Shown: piece after piece, positions 19,710-30,730 of the stretch
Position numbering within the stretch: the first letter of the stretch is position 1
Layout: every line of letters starts with the position of its first letter
Assembly: GCA_963793425.1 (NCBI GenBank)
Contig: CAWCAG010000005.1
Coordinates: 1,824,001-1,888,000 of the forward strand
DNA from: an uncultured cyanobacterium
GTDB lineage: Bacteria; Cyanobacteriota; Cyanobacteriia; Cyanobacteriales; CAWCAG01
Direction: 5' to 3'
Length of the DNA: 64,000 bases
Notes under the pieces: model-generated
Databases searched by the model: none
What the model saw: the letters and a program-made list of their open reading frames with translations, nothing else
What the model was told of the DNA's origin: nothing
Program-made: the position numbers and the translations under genes

Positions 19710-20459
19710 TTAAAGCAAAGCTAAAGACTGGGAAAAAGATTGAGATACGGGTTCAGTGAGAGCAATTAAAGTAGTTTCTAAGTCTTGCATCAGAGATTTA
19801 GCAGCTTTTTTGCTTGAGGTGCTTTGATACTTCGCGACATCTAAAGGAGTACCAATATCAATTTTCACCCCACAGCCTCGACGGGGAACAGCTTCCTCAT
19901 AGTCTAAACTAATAGGCAGAACCTTAACACTAATCTCTGGTTGAGAAGCTTGTGCTTGTAAAGCAAGACGGGCTAAACCACATTTAAGTTTACTAACTTG
20001 CTTGCCCCGATAAATATTACCTTCAGGAAAAATAACCACCATTTCTCCTTGTCGTAACAAGTCTACTCCATGGCGTAAGCTACTCACCGTAGGGCGTTTG
20101 GTATCTACAGAAAAACCCCCTAAACGGCGAATAAACCAGCCTTGAACACCTTTAACTTCGTCGCTAGTTACCATAAACCTTAAGTCTCGCCCAGTGACAC
20201 AACGACCTGTAGCATAGGGAATAAGCAAGGCATCCCAACGAGAGCGATGGGTTGGTGCAAGAATTACTGGTCCAGTGTGGGGAACATTTTCTTGCCCCCG
20301 TACTTCTATATCACTGAAATAGAAGGGTAAAACTAGTCTTCTGCCCAGGGGGTAAGCAAATCGAGTCAACCAAGGGGAGATATAGGAATTAACAGCACTC
20401 GAATCCTTTGCTTTGCTCTTTTCCTGATTATTTTGAAAGGGGCGAAGGAGTTGATTCAT
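19710..20459 (-). CDS. plsC: 1-acyl-sn-glycerol-3-phosphate acyltransferase
   Basis: PTHRSRWD (HX4D) and IFPEG motifs. Confidence 0.85.
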   Translation of the reverse strand: MNQLLRPFQNNQEKSKAKDSSAVNSYISPWLTRFAYPLGRRLVLPFYFSDIEVRGQENVPHTGPVILAPTHRSRWDALLIPYATGRCVTGRDLRFMVTSDEVKGVQGWFIRRLGGFSVDTKRPTVSSLRHGVDLLRQGEMVVIFPEGNIYRGKQVSKLKCGLARLALQAQASQPEISVKVLPISLDYEEAVPRRGCGVKIDIGTPLDVAKYQSTSSKKAAKSLMQDLETTLIALTEPVSQSFSQSLALL

Positions 20460-20682
20460 TTACTTAGTAGATTTAATAAAAATGTCTATCAATTAAAGAT
20501 TAAAGGTCTTATAGCTTTATGTCTGCTATGAAGATGACAGTTGTGTTGCTGTCATCTCGTTTGTAGTACGAGAAGTTAGGGAACATTGCTTGATTCATTA
20601 ATTATAAAGCTTACTTTGGTAATTACTCTGGGGCTAAAAAAAGCTATCATTAATCAATGTTAAATGATAAATGATAAATGAA

Positions 20683-22401
20683 ATGAGCTATAGAATGGAT
20701 CGTCGTGCCTATGCAGAAACCTTTGGCCCCACTACAGGCGATCGCGTTCGTTTAGCAGATACAGAATTATTTATTGAAGTTGAACGAGATTACACCACCT
20801 ATGGGGATGAGGTTAAATTTGGTGGGGGTAAGGTAATTCGTGATGGTATGGGACAATCCCCCATTTCTCGCGCCGGCGGTGCGGTGGATACGGTGATTAC
20901 TAATGCTTTGATTTTGGATTGGTGGGGGATTGTTAAGGCAGATATTGGCATTAAAGATGGCAAGATTCATAAAATTGGTAAAGCAGGCAACCCTTATATT
21001 CAAGATCATGTTGATATTATCATTGGTCCTGCCACAGAAGTGATTGCTGGGGAAGGCAAAATCCTTACGGCTGGGGGTATTGATAGTCATATCCATTTTA
21101 TTTGCCCCCAACAAATTGAAACGGCGATCGCCTCTGGTATTACCACCATGTTAGGGGGAGGGACAGGCCCCGCTACAGGTACAAACGCTACAACTTGTAC
21201 TCCTGGGGCTTGGCATCTGCACCGGATGTTACAAGCAGCAGAGGCTTTCCCGATGAATTTGGGCTTTATGGGTAAGGGTAACAGTGCTAAACCAGAAGGC
21301 TTGGTAGAACAAGTTAAAGCGGGGGCAATGGGCTTAAAGTTACACGAAGATTGGGGGACAACTCCCGCCACCATTGATACTTGTTTGAATGTTGCTGATG
21401 AGTATGATGTCCAAGTAGCGATTCATACTGATACCCTCAACGAAGCCGGATTTGTGGAAAATACCATTGCTGCTTTTAAAGATCGTGTCATCCATACCTA
21501 CCATACCGAAGGGGCAGGGGGAGGTCATGCCCCCGATATTATCAAAGTTTGCGCTCAAGCTAATGTTTTACCTTCTTCTACCAATCCTACCCGCCCTTAT
21601 ACCGCCAATACTTTAGAAGAACATTTGGATATGTTGATGGTTTGCCATCACCTTGATAAAAGTATCCCCGAAGATGTCGCTTTTGCTGAATCGAGAATTA
21701 GGCGAGAAACGATTGCAGCAGAAGATATTCTCCATGATTTAGGGGCCTTTAGTATGATTGCTTCTGATTCCCAAGCCATGGGGAGAGTAGGGGAAGTGAT
21801 TATTCGTACCTGGCAAACTGCCCATAAAATGAAGGTACAAAGGGGACTATTAAAGGAGGGAGAGAATAGCGATGTTAGCCATGATAACTTTCGCGCTAAA
21901 CGTTATATTGCTAAGTACACCATCAATCCTGCCATTGCCCACGGTATCGCCCATTGTGTTGGTTCCATTGAAGAAGGGAAACTAGCGGATCTGTGTTTAT
22001 GGAAACCGGCCTTTTTTGGTGTCAAACCAGAAATGGTAATTAAAGGAGGCGGAATCGCTTGGTCGCAAATGGGTGATCCTAATGCTAGTATACCTACTCC
22101 CGAACCTGTACATATGCGTCCGATGTTTGGTAGTTTTGGAGGTGCGATCGCCGCGACATCTTTAACTTTCGTTTCCCAAGCTGCGGTAGAAGCGGGGATT
22201 GCAGAGGAAATTGGTTTACGCACTCCAGTTGTAGCGGTGGCTAATACAAGGAAATTATCTAAAGCAGATATGAAGCTTAATGATGCTACTCCAGCTATAG
22301 AAGTAGATTCCCAAACTTATGAAGTTAGGGCAGATGGGGAATTATTAACCTGTGAACCTGCTACAGAGTTACCGATGGCCCAGCGTTACTTTTTGTTTTA
22401 A
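20683..22401 (+). CDS. ureC: Urease subunit alpha
   Basis: [31 protein letters not shown]. Start placed at [10 protein letters not shown] because the upstream ATGs lie inside TGATAAA repeats. Confidence 0.98.
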   Translation: MSYRMDRRAYAETFGPTTGDRVRLADTELFIEVERDYTTYGDEVKFGGGKVIRDGMGQSPISRAGGAVDTVITNALILDWWGIVKADIGIKDGKIHKIGKAGNPYIQDHVDIIIGPATEVIAGEGKILTAGGIDSHIHFICPQQIETAIASGITTMLGGGTGPATGTNATTCTPGAWHLHRMLQAAEAFPMNLGFMGKGNSAKPEGLVEQVKAGAMGLKLHEDWGTTPATIDTCLNVADEYDVQVAIHTDTLNEAGFVENTIAAFKDRVIHTYHTEGAGGGHAPDIIKVCAQANVLPSSTNPTRPYTANTLEEHLDMLMVCHHLDKSIPEDVAFAESRIRRETIAAEDILHDLGAFSMIASDSQAMGRVGEVIIRTWQTAHKMKVQRGLLKEGENSDVSHDNFRAKRYIAKYTINPAIAHGIAHCVGSIEEGKLADLCLWKPAFFGVKPEMVIKGGGIAWSQMGDPNASIPTPEPVHMRPMFGSFGGAIAATSLTFVSQAAVEAGIAEEIGLRTPVVAVANTRKLSKADMKLNDATPAIEVDSQTYEVRADGELLTCEPATELPMAQRYFLF

Positions 22402-22454
22402 TGGCTAATGGCTAATGGCTAGTGGCTAATGGCTAGTGGCTAGTGGCTAGTGGC
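22399..22454 (+). repeat. Heptamer tandem repeat (STRR) TA(A/G)TGGC x8
   Basis: Eight consecutive copies starting at the ureC stop. The same unit recurs near 28058-28084, 57003-57030 and 62903-62928. Confidence 0.95.
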
Positions 22455-22568
22455 TAGTTGGGGAATAGCAAGTTATTGTTGCCATACTTTACTTCTTGAC
22501 TCAAACATATCTTCAACAACGAGAAGTCGGTTTTTATTTTGGTGCAAAAAACAAAGCTTCTATCTTCC

Positions 22569-22681
22569 CAGCTTAGATGTTTACCTTCTATGCCTATTTC
22601 AAGAAAGCTTCCAACCCACCTCCGACGAAGTATTTTTTTGTAAGAATTGAGATGTTTTTATCTGATGAGATGATTATAGCA
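22569..22681 (-). repeat. About 110-bp dispersed repeat, copy 2
   Basis: The reverse complement aligns with 11435-11545. Confidence 0.75.
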
Positions 22682-22749
22682 CAAAATATCAAGCTATTGT
22701 GGGAATTAGGATTACACAGTGAGAGAAAAACAAAGGATTTTTAACTCCT

Positions 22750-23085
22750 ATGATTCGTGTTATATTCAAAGCCACTTTTCTGATGTTGTTTTTATCATTC
22801 TTGTTCTGGTTATCTTTACTTTCTTACTTATTTTTGCAAGCGTTTTTATTGACAATTTGTTTTTTAATAGTTTGTTGGTTGACTATTTTTATTCGTAAAA
22901 AAAATGCTCTTTTTATAAAATTAATTCTCAGCTTATTAATATTTCTAAGTATCTTTTTAACAAGCTTTTGGGCTATACTGCGATATATTTTACTCACTAC
23001 AAAGGAGCTTTCGGTGCTGCATTTTTCGTTTATCAAACTCAGGGAGAACTATCAGCAAATCCAGGAGCAAGAATTGTTAAATTAA
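22750..23085 (+). CDS. Small hydrophobic hypothetical membrane protein
   Basis: 111-aa ORF with 2-3 hydrophobic segments; very T-rich, so uncertain. Confidence 0.45.
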   Translation: MIRVIFKATFLMLFLSFLFWLSLLSYLFLQAFLLTICFLIVCWLTIFIRKKNALFIKLILSLLIFLSIFLTSFWAILRYILLTTKELSVLHFSFIKLRENYQQIQEQELLN

Positions 23086-23122
23086 AGGAGCATTGGTTTT
23101 TCTTGAATAGAGGTTATGCAGA

Positions 23123-23704
23123 TTAGATGCTTTTTCTTGATAACTTAGGTGGTAGCAAACGGGAAATCTCTATAGTAATTTCAGGAAAAGCTAGAGGAGA
23201 AAGAGAAGTGGTTTCAGCCCAAACCTCTTTTTTGCCATAGCTATCAACCATTGGTTCTCTGAATGTATGTAATTGTCGCTTTTTAATATTGAGAACCCAA
23301 TAATCTTCAATACCGGCCCCAGCATAAATTTTAGCTTTAGTATTACAGTCGTAATCTAAAGTTGTATCTGCTACCTCAACTAGTAAATAAACCTGAGATA
23401 CTTGAGGATGGCGATCTGCATAGCGGTAAGGGTGGAGATGGACAACGGCAATATCTGGTTCGGGTTCAGAATATTGGTTAAGAATAATCGGTTTTTCTGA
23501 GCGGAGTAAAGCTTTACCAGCTAAGGCATGGCGGAGATGTTCTGTGGTATAGTCAGTGGTTGCTGCGTGGAAAGGGCCTTGGGGGGTCATCCTGATAATT
23601 TGTCCTTCAAGCAATTCTACCTGCTCTTCTGGGTGCAGTAAGCCCGTTTCAACCATCTGATAATATTCCTTGACAGTCCACAAACGCAAATGATTGAGAA
23701 GCAT
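23123..23704 (-). CDS. Uma2-family endonuclease-fold protein
   Basis: VELLEG, SEPEPDIAV, LLVEVADTT, K-x3-Y-AGIEDYWV. Confidence 0.93.
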   Translation of the reverse strand: MLLNHLRLWTVKEYYQMVETGLLHPEEQVELLEGQIIRMTPQGPFHAATTDYTTEHLRHALAGKALLRSEKPIILNQYSEPEPDIAVVHLHPYRYADRHPQVSQVYLLVEVADTTLDYDCNTKAKIYAGAGIEDYWVLNIKKRQLHTFREPMVDSYGKKEVWAETTSLSPLAFPEITIEISRLLPPKLSRKSI

Positions 23705-23763
23705 ATCAAAAGCCCTACAGCAATGAATAGCAAAAAATGTACTATAAATGTTTAATGATCAAT

Positions 23764-23789
23764 GTAGCCTACGGCAAGGCTAACGCCAA
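23764..23789 (-). repeat. 26-bp short dispersed repeat TTGGCGT(A/T)AGCCTTGCCGTAGGCTAC, copy A
   Basis: Near-identical copies at 55198-55223 and 61126-61151, all within TGATAAA-type heptamers. Confidence 0.9.
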
Positions 23790-23805
23790 TAATGATAAAT
23801 GATAT

Positions 23806-24972
23806 ATGAAATTAGCTAAACGTTTAGAACAGGTTACGCCTTCCTTAACTATTGCGATCGCAGCCAAAGCGAAAGCGATGAAAGCAGAGGGTGTTGATGT
23901 CGTTAGTTTTAGTGCTGGGGAACCGGATTTTCCTACGCCCAATCATATCAAAGAAGCAGCCCAGAAAGCTTTAGATGATGGGAAAACTAGATATGGCCCT
24001 GCGGCAGGGGAACCGAAATTTAGAGAAGCGATCGCCAAAAAGTTAAGAACAGAAAATAACCTCGATTATCAAGCTGAAAACATAATTGTCACCAATGGTG
24101 GCAAACAGTCTCTTTATAACCTCGTCATGGCTATGATTGGGGCTGGAGATGAGGTAATTATCCCGTCCCCTTATTGGGTAAGTTATCCAGATATGGTTCA
24201 CTTGGCTGGGGGAAAACCAGTAATTGTGCCAACAAATGTGGAGGCTGGTTATCAAATCACCCCAGAGCAACTCAAAGCTGCCATCACCCCGAAAAGTAAG
24301 CTATTTATCCTTAACTCCCCGGCTAACCCTACAGGAATGGTTTATAGCCCCGCAGAAATTCGTGCTTTAGCGGAGGTGATCATTGAACATGATTTGTTTG
24401 TAGTTTCTGATGAAATTTATGAAAAAATCCTTTACGATGGGGCAGAGCATTTAAGTATTGCGGCCATAGGTAAAGAAGTTTGGCAGCATTCAGCCGTGAG
24501 TGGTGGTTTTGCTAAAGGCTTTTCCATGACGGGTTGGCGATTAGGCTATTTAGCTGCACCAGTGGAAATAATCCAAGCCTTGACAAAAATTCAAGGCCAT
24601 AGTACCTCAAATGTTTGTACCTTTGCTCAATATGGCGGTATTGCCGCTTTAGAAAGTTCCCAAGATTGCGTGAAGGAAATGGTTAAAGCTTTTGCTAAAC
24701 GTAGGGAATTTATCTTACAGCGTATTGCAGATATTCCTGGCTTGAGTTGCCCGAAACCCCAAGGGGCATTTTATGTCTTTGTTGATATCAAGAAGTTTGA
24801 CATTCCCTCCTTAGAATTTTGTCAAAAGTTATTAGATGAATATCAAGTTGCAGCGATTCCTGGTATTGCTTTTGGGGTAGATAGTTGCATTCGCCTTTCC
24901 TATGCTACGGATATGCAATCCTTAGAAAAGGGCTTAGAAAGGTTAGAGAAATTCACGAAGTCACTTTTGTAA
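23806..24972 (+). CDS. aspC: PLP-dependent class I aminotransferase (aspartate aminotransferase)
   Basis: [34 protein letters not shown]. Confidence 0.9.
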   Translation: MKLAKRLEQVTPSLTIAIAAKAKAMKAEGVDVVSFSAGEPDFPTPNHIKEAAQKALDDGKTRYGPAAGEPKFREAIAKKLRTENNLDYQAENIIVTNGGKQSLYNLVMAMIGAGDEVIIPSPYWVSYPDMVHLAGGKPVIVPTNVEAGYQITPEQLKAAITPKSKLFILNSPANPTGMVYSPAEIRALAEVIIEHDLFVVSDEIYEKILYDGAEHLSIAAIGKEVWQHSAVSGGFAKGFSMTGWRLGYLAAPVEIIQALTKIQGHSTSNVCTFAQYGGIAALESSQDCVKEMVKAFAKRREFILQRIADIPGLSCPKPQGAFYVFVDIKKFDIPSLEFCQKLLDEYQVAAIPGIAFGVDSCIRLSYATDMQSLEKGLERLEKFTKSLL

Positions 24973-25130
24973 TAGGGAGAGGGGGCCAGGGATTTAAAAT
25001 GAATACAAGCTTTTTCATTCGTCGATAAGTCAATAATAAATGGCTTTTGTGAAGTGGTTGACGACCGACCATAAAGCCTTTAACATCTAATTAAGGTCTT
25101 AATGATGAACTTAATTATGAGCTTGAGTCG

Positions 25131-25448
25131 ATGATTAACCTCCAAAATATTCATTCTCTAACTGATTTTAAACGCAATGCTAGTAGCTATGTTGAACAAA
25201 TCAGACAGACAAAAGCCCCCCTTGTACTAACTATCAACGGAGAAGCTGCTGTAATTGTCCAGGATGCCCTTAATTTCCAAAATTTACTAGATCGCCTCAA
25301 CCAATTAGAAGAGGAACTTCGTTTCGTAAAACTCGAAGCTTTGAAGGCAGAAGTTCGTAAAGGAGTTGAGAGTGGAGAAGCTACACCATTAGATATTGAA
25401 GATGTTAGAAGAGGAACTGGAGGAGGAAAGAGAAACTTAAAGTTATAA
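25131..25448 (+). CDS. Phd/YefM-family antitoxin with ParD-like C-terminus (no adjacent toxin)
   Basis: IHSLTDFKRNA...PLVLTINGEAAVIVQD, then KLEALKAEVRKGVESGEATPLD. Confidence 0.8.
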   Translation: MINLQNIHSLTDFKRNASSYVEQIRQTKAPLVLTINGEAAVIVQDALNFQNLLDRLNQLEEELRFVKLEALKAEVRKGVESGEATPLDIEDVRRGTGGGKRNLKL

Positions 25449-25494
25449 ATAGCCATCAAGGTCATGATCGCAATCATTACTTATTACTTAAAAA

Positions 25495-26574
25495 ATGTCT
25501 CCCCCTACACTATACATTGCTATCACTAGCCACGGTTTTGGTCATGCGGTGCGTGCTTCTTCGGTGGCAGCGAAAGTTAAACAGCTTTGCCCTGATGTGC
25601 TTTTAATTCTGGTTACTACTGCACCTCGTTGGTTGCTAGAATCCTATATTGGTGCTGATTTTATTCATCGCCCCCGTGGTTTTGATGTGGGGGTTATTCA
25701 ATCTGATAGCTTGCAGATGGATAAAGCTGCTACTTTAGCTAAAATGCTGGAAATCAAAGCGAGGCAAAACGCCATCATTGCTGGGGAAGTGGATTTTATT
25801 CGTACTAACCGGGTAGGTTTGGTTTTAGCAGACATCCCTCCTTTAGCTGCCCCCATTGCCAAAGCAGCCGGGATTCAGTGTTGGATGATGAGTAACTTTG
25901 GTTGGGATTTTATTTATCGAGATTGGGGAGAAGAATTTTTTCCCCTCGCTGATTGGATTGGAGAATGTTACCGAAAGTGCGATCGCCTGTTTCGTTTGCC
26001 TTTAGCTGAACCAATGTCAGCTTTTTCTCAAATAACAGAAACGGGTTTAACTGGGGGAACACCTCGTTATAGTGAGGCTTATTTACGAGAAGAATTTGCT
26101 TTAAAACATCCTCGTGATCGCACCATCTTACTTACCTTTGGGGGTTTAGGATTAGCAGCCATTCCTTATCACAACCTCAAAAATTTCCCAGAATGGCAAT
26201 TTATCACCTTTGATACCCAAGCCCCCCAATTAAATAACTTAGTTATAGTAAAAGATAATCAGTACCGCCCGGTGGATTTTATGCCCCTTTGTGGCAAAGT
26301 CATTTCTAAACCTGGTTACAGTACTTTCGCTGAAGCAATGCGTTTAGATGTTCCTGTGGTTTCTTTAACTAGGGAAGGCTTTGCCGAATCAGCTTTATTG
26401 TTAGAAGGGTTAAAAAATTATTCCCATCATCAAATTATCTCTCCAGAAAGCTTTTTATTAAGTGATTGGAGTTTTATCAAGGAATCATTAAATTCCCCTA
26501 ACAAAAACGTATCTTTACCTAAAAATGGTACAGAAACTATTGCTAAAGCGGTAATTGAACAGCTACTGAAATAA
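25495..26574 (+). CDS. Glycosyltransferase (GT-B fold)
   Basis: SHGFGHAVR, SNFGWD, ISKPGYSTFAEA. Confidence 0.85.
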   Translation: MSPPTLYIAITSHGFGHAVRASSVAAKVKQLCPDVLLILVTTAPRWLLESYIGADFIHRPRGFDVGVIQSDSLQMDKAATLAKMLEIKARQNAIIAGEVDFIRTNRVGLVLADIPPLAAPIAKAAGIQCWMMSNFGWDFIYRDWGEEFFPLADWIGECYRKCDRLFRLPLAEPMSAFSQITETGLTGGTPRYSEAYLREEFALKHPRDRTILLTFGGLGLAAIPYHNLKNFPEWQFITFDTQAPQLNNLVIVKDNQYRPVDFMPLCGKVISKPGYSTFAEAMRLDVPVVSLTREGFAESALLLEGLKNYSHHQIISPESFLLSDWSFIKESLNSPNKNVSLPKNGTETIAKAVIEQLLK

Positions 26575-26748
26575 TCTTATTTGTCTAGAAAACAACTATT
26601 CTTCTTTAACTAACAAATAAAGCCGTTAAAGTAGAGGAAAGCTTTACCATACTAGAAATATCAGGTTTCAGAGCAAGTTAATTTTATTTTCACAACTTGG
26701 AAATTATCTTACTTATTTAGTAAAAAAACTCCTCCTATAGTAATAATT

Positions 26749-27420
26749 ATGACTGCGATCGCTGAAGAAAAATCTCACTCCGGGGTTGTAAGTGATTCGG
26801 TAGTGAAAACTGAAGTTAAGGAAGCTACTCTACCAGAAAAAACTGTTCAATCCCAAGACAAAAACAAAATCAAAGCCAAAGAAGAAAAACCGCCTAAATC
26901 AAGCAAACCTGAAGAAAATCCTCGACCTAAACGCCCTAGCTATGCAACCATTGAACTAGCTGCCAAAGATGTTCGTTCTGTAGTTGAGCAACAAAGACAG
27001 CAAGTACAAAACTTAACAACCAAACTCAACATTCTTTTTGTAATTAACGGGGCTTTATTAACTTCCCTCAATCTTTCGCGTTTGTTGCTTATTCCTAGCA
27101 TCTTCAGCATGGCAGAAGTAATCGGCTTTTTTGCCAACATCACTTTATTACTCAACGCCTTTCTTCCCCGTCAAGTAGCAATCAGCCCCAACTTAGGAGA
27201 TCAAAAATTTTTAGAACGCTATCTCCCTTTGACACCAGAACAATATCAGTTAAGAATGATGGTTAACCAAGTTCAAGCCTATAATGCTAATAAGCAGCGC
27301 TTAGATGATGTTTCTCAATCTCTAACCTATTCTGCCTATGTAACTTGGGTTCTTGCCTTAGTAATTATGCTTCATATCGTAGCAGCGAACTTTCTACCGG
27401 AGATTCTTCTACTAAGATAG
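26749..27420 (+). CDS. Hypothetical membrane protein (about 3 TM)
   Basis: Disordered N-terminus followed by KLNILFVINGALL, a second hydrophobic helix ending in LPR, and a C-terminal TM helix. Confidence 0.75.
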   Translation: MTAIAEEKSHSGVVSDSVVKTEVKEATLPEKTVQSQDKNKIKAKEEKPPKSSKPEENPRPKRPSYATIELAAKDVRSVVEQQRQQVQNLTTKLNILFVINGALLTSLNLSRLLLIPSIFSMAEVIGFFANITLLLNAFLPRQVAISPNLGDQKFLERYLPLTPEQYQLRMMVNQVQAYNANKQRLDDVSQSLTYSAYVTWVLALVIMLHIVAANFLPEILLLR

Positions 27421-27471
27421 ATAACAGGCAAAATGGTATAACAGGAAAGCAGTACTGAAGTACGAACACTC

Positions 27472-28050
27472 ATGAGTACTAAATTAGCTAACAAAACTGA
27501 ATCAATGAGCAATTCATCCTCTAACTTACAAGAGGAGTCAGAAAAGCAAGTTATCACTCCCTTAGAAGAGGATCTTCCCACTCCGGAGACAACTCCTGTG
27601 AGTCAGGCAGAAGAAGAGTTACCTGCAAAAACTTTGCAAGATGGTATCCAACTACCGGAACCAGATCCAGACAACATTACAGTTTTGACTGGTAAGTTGC
27701 CCAACAAACCGATTTTACCTTGGAATCGCTACGATTCTCCTTGGGAAGAAGAGGAAGAAAGGGAGAGGGAGAGGGAAAGAGAAAGAGAAAAAGAAAGAGA
27801 GGCACAGCTAAAATTAGCGGCAGAAAAAGAAACTGAGTTAGAGACAGAGGAAGTAGAATCAGAACAGAAGCAAGTAGAAACTGTTGCTGAGTTGGATGTA
27901 GAGGAAATAAAACTAGAAGAAGTAGTAATACAAGAGAAAGTAACGACTCCCTATGTAGTAGTAGAAAGCGAAGCAGAGGATTTAGACATTGATGAAGAAG
28001 AAGACTATGTGGATCTTGACGAAGAAATAGAGTTTGACGAAGTGGAGTAA
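27472..28050 (+). CDS. Acidic low-complexity hypothetical protein
   Basis: Glu-rich 192-aa ORF with (ER)n run and PILPWNRYDSPWE motif. Confidence 0.75.
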   Translation: MSTKLANKTESMSNSSSNLQEESEKQVITPLEEDLPTPETTPVSQAEEELPAKTLQDGIQLPEPDPDNITVLTGKLPNKPILPWNRYDSPWEEEEEREREREREREKEREAQLKLAAEKETELETEEVESEQKQVETVAELDVEEIKLEEVVIQEKVTTPYVVVESEAEDLDIDEEEDYVDLDEEIEFDEVE

Positions 28051-28100
28051 GGGAATAGCTACTGGCTACTGGCTACTGGCTAGTAGAAAATATAGAAATA

Positions 28101-28128
28101 AACCCCAATCTAATTGAAGATTGGGGTT
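28101..28128. terminator. Hairpin/terminator between convergent genes
   Basis: AACCCCAATCT-aattga-AGATTGGGGTT perfect 11-bp stem. Confidence 0.7.
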
Positions 28129-28190
28129 GAATAGATAGAAATCAACAACCTGCTTTACAAACGATTGAAGAACGAGTTAATGCAGGTATA

Positions 28191-30545
28191 CTAGCTTACA
28201 GTTTGTAACTCTAGCTTCTGCTTTTGGGCAGATAAGACCTGTACTTCACCTTCTTCATCTAGGTCTACTTTGGCGACATCTCCATCCTCTACTTCTCCAG
28301 AAAGAATGGCTTCAGCTAAACTATCTTCCAATAAACGCATAATGGCACGGCGTAAAGGTCTTGCGCCATAATTAGGGTCGTAACCTTCATCGACTACTTT
28401 GGCTTTGAAGCTGTCGGTAACTTCTAAGGCAATGTCTCGCTGTTCTACCAACTGCTGAGAAACATTAGCTAACATAAGATCAGCAATCTCTGTTACCTCT
28501 TGTCGCTGCAATTGACGGAAGACGATGATGTCATCGAGACGGTTAAGAAATTCGGGACGGAAGTACTGTTTAAGTTCTTCGTTAACCAAACTACGGATGC
28601 GTTTATATTGTGCCTCGGCTTGGTCATCTGAGAATTCAAAGCCTAAACCTGTACCACCTTTTTCTATAACTCTAGAACCGATGTTCGAGGTCATAATAAT
28701 TAGGGTATTTTTAAAGTCTACTTTACGACCTTTTGCATCCGTAAGGTGACCATCATCCAAAAGCTGCAACATGGTGTTGAAAACATCAGGATGAGCCTTT
28801 TCTATTTCATCAAAAAGTAAGACTGAGTAGGGCTTGCGCCTTACTGCTTCTGTTAATTGTCCCCCCTCATCATAACCAATATATCCCGGAGGAGAACCAA
28901 TTAACTTAGAAACTGTATGAGACTCCATATACTCCGACATATCCACGCGGATCATATTGTCCTCAGAACCAAACATACAAGCGGCTAAAGCCTTCGCTAA
29001 TTCAGTTTTACCAACTCCTGTGGGGCCGGAGAAAATGAAGCTAGCAATGGGTCTGTTGGGGTCTTTCATACCAACCCTTGCCCGCCGGATAGACCGAGAA
29101 ACAGCGACAACAGCCTCTTCTTGACCAATTAACCGTTCATGGAGTGAGGCTTCTAAGTGAAGTAGTAACTCCGTTTCTGGCTTGTTTAACTTGGTTACAG
29201 GAACCCCTGTCCAAGCAGCAACAATTTGGGCGACTTCCTCTTCCCCAACTACGGGAATAGTCGCTTCTGGGGTTTCTCCTGGGGCAACTTTCAGTTGAAT
29301 GGAATGACGTAAATGAAGGTGAGAACCTGCTTCATCAATGAGATCAATAGCTTTATCAGGGAGGAAACGGTCAGAAATGTAACGATCTGCAAGGGTGGCT
29401 GCGGCTTCTATGGCTTCATCAGCAATTTTAACTTTATGATGTTCTTCGTAACTCTCTTTTAAACCTTGTAAAATCTCAATGGTTTCTGCAACGGAAGGTT
29501 CCCCGACAATTACTTTTTGGAAACGCCTTTCTAAAGCAGCATCCTTTTCAATATGCTTGCGGAACTCATCTAGGGTAGTTGTTCCTAAGCATTGTAATTC
29601 TCCCCTTGCTAAAGCAGGTTTAAGGAGATTAGCCGCATCCATGCCTCCTTCAAAGCCTCCTGCCCCAATTAAGGTATGAATTTCATCAATTACCAAGATA
29701 ATATCACCGGACTTGCGTACTTCCTCAACAACAGCTTTGAGGCGTTCTTCAAACTCACCCCGAAACTTTGTTCCTGCCACCAACAAACCCATATCAAGGC
29801 TAATTACTTCTTTTTCTTTAATTAATTCCGGTACTTCTCCAGCAACGATACGCTGGGCCAATCCTTCGGCGATCGCCGTTTTACCAACACCGGGTTCCCC
29901 GACTAAAACAGGGTTGTTTTTGGTGCGACGGCCTAAAATTTGGATAGTTCTTTCTACTTCTTGGCTACGCCCCACTACAGGATCGAGTTTACCTTCTTTA
30001 GCTTGTTGGGAAAGATTGATGCTAAATTCAGCTAAAGTCGGTTTACCGCCTTGCCTACCACCAAAAGGAGAATTATTCTGTCCTTCAGCCCCAACAGTAG
30101 CAACTGTAGGTGCTTCTCCTACTTTGCGAATAACTTCTGTTCTTACTTTTGCTAAGTCTACTCCCAACTGCTCTAAAACCTTGGCAGCAACACTATCTTG
30201 TTGAGTAGTTAAAGCTAAAAGTAAGTGTTCTGGTCCAATGAAATTATTACCTAACTGACGGGCTTCTTGCAAAGATTGTTCAAAAAACTTTTGAGCTTTA
30301 GGAGTGAAAGGAATGTTCACCGGAGTATAACCGGGTCTACGGCCAATGAGATTTTTAACAGCTTCTCTGGCTTGAGAAAGTTCAACGCCTAACTCCTTTA
30401 GTACCTGGGCAGCAATGCCCGTACCTTCGGCGATTAAGCCTAAGAGTATTTGTTCACTACCCACAAGATTATGCCCAGAACGACGGGCTTCTTCTTGGGC
30501 TAGCATAACAGCTTTGATAGCTTTATCCGTAAAATGTTCAAACAT
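28191..30545 (-). CDS. clpC: Clp protease ATP-binding subunit, ClpC paralog lacking the UVR/middle coiled coil
   Basis: Clp-N repeats, [19 protein letters not shown] loop; short linker between the two AAA+ domains. Confidence 0.9.
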   Translation of the reverse strand: MFEHFTDKAIKAVMLAQEEARRSGHNLVGSEQILLGLIAEGTGIAAQVLKELGVELSQAREAVKNLIGRRPGYTPVNIPFTPKAQKFFEQSLQEARQLGNNFIGPEHLLLALTTQQDSVAAKVLEQLGVDLAKVRTEVIRKVGEAPTVATVGAEGQNNSPFGGRQGGKPTLAEFSINLSQQAKEGKLDPVVGRSQEVERTIQILGRRTKNNPVLVGEPGVGKTAIAEGLAQRIVAGEVPELIKEKEVISLDMGLLVAGTKFRGEFEERLKAVVEEVRKSGDIILVIDEIHTLIGAGGFEGGMDAANLLKPALARGELQCLGTTTLDEFRKHIEKDAALERRFQKVIVGEPSVAETIEILQGLKESYEEHHKVKIADEAIEAAATLADRYISDRFLPDKAIDLIDEAGSHLHLRHSIQLKVAPGETPEATIPVVGEEEVAQIVAAWTGVPVTKLNKPETELLLHLEASLHERLIGQEEAVVAVSRSIRRARVGMKDPNRPIASFIFSGPTGVGKTELAKALAACMFGSEDNMIRVDMSEYMESHTVSKLIGSPPGYIGYDEGGQLTEAVRRKPYSVLLFDEIEKAHPDVFNTMLQLLDDGHLTDAKGRKVDFKNTLIIMTSNIGSRVIEKGGTGLGFEFSDDQAEAQYKRIRSLVNEELKQYFRPEFLNRLDDIIVFRQLQRQEVTEIADLMLANVSQQLVEQRDIALEVTDSFKAKVVDEGYDPNYGARPLRRAIMRLLEDSLAEAILSGEVEDGDVAKVDLDEEGEVQVLSAQKQKLELQTVS

Positions 30546-30730
30546 ATAATTTAGTGAGAGGAGGATTTCTTTTAGTTAACTTTTCTTTACTTATTTCTCA
30601 CTGTATCTTGCTTGTTATGATTCGGCAGTGGTAAAAGCCGTAATTATCGAGGGAAGTTTTCACCTAACTTAAAAGGTTTGTCACTCACTCTCTTTTCAGC
30701 TTTTGAGTTCTCTAAGTGCAAAATGTCAGT

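Noticed and set aside
20683..22401. ureC without adjacent ureA/ureB or accessory genes
   Set aside because: Scattered urease genes are common in cyanobacteria.
22399..22461. Possible CRISPR array
   Set aside because: 7-bp tandem units without spacers (STRR); no cas genes or repeat-spacer pattern seen in the window.
28525..30204. Antisense ORFs within clpC (and similar ones in ureC, gltS, mrpD, gatA)
   Set aside because: Shadow frames of well-conserved genes.
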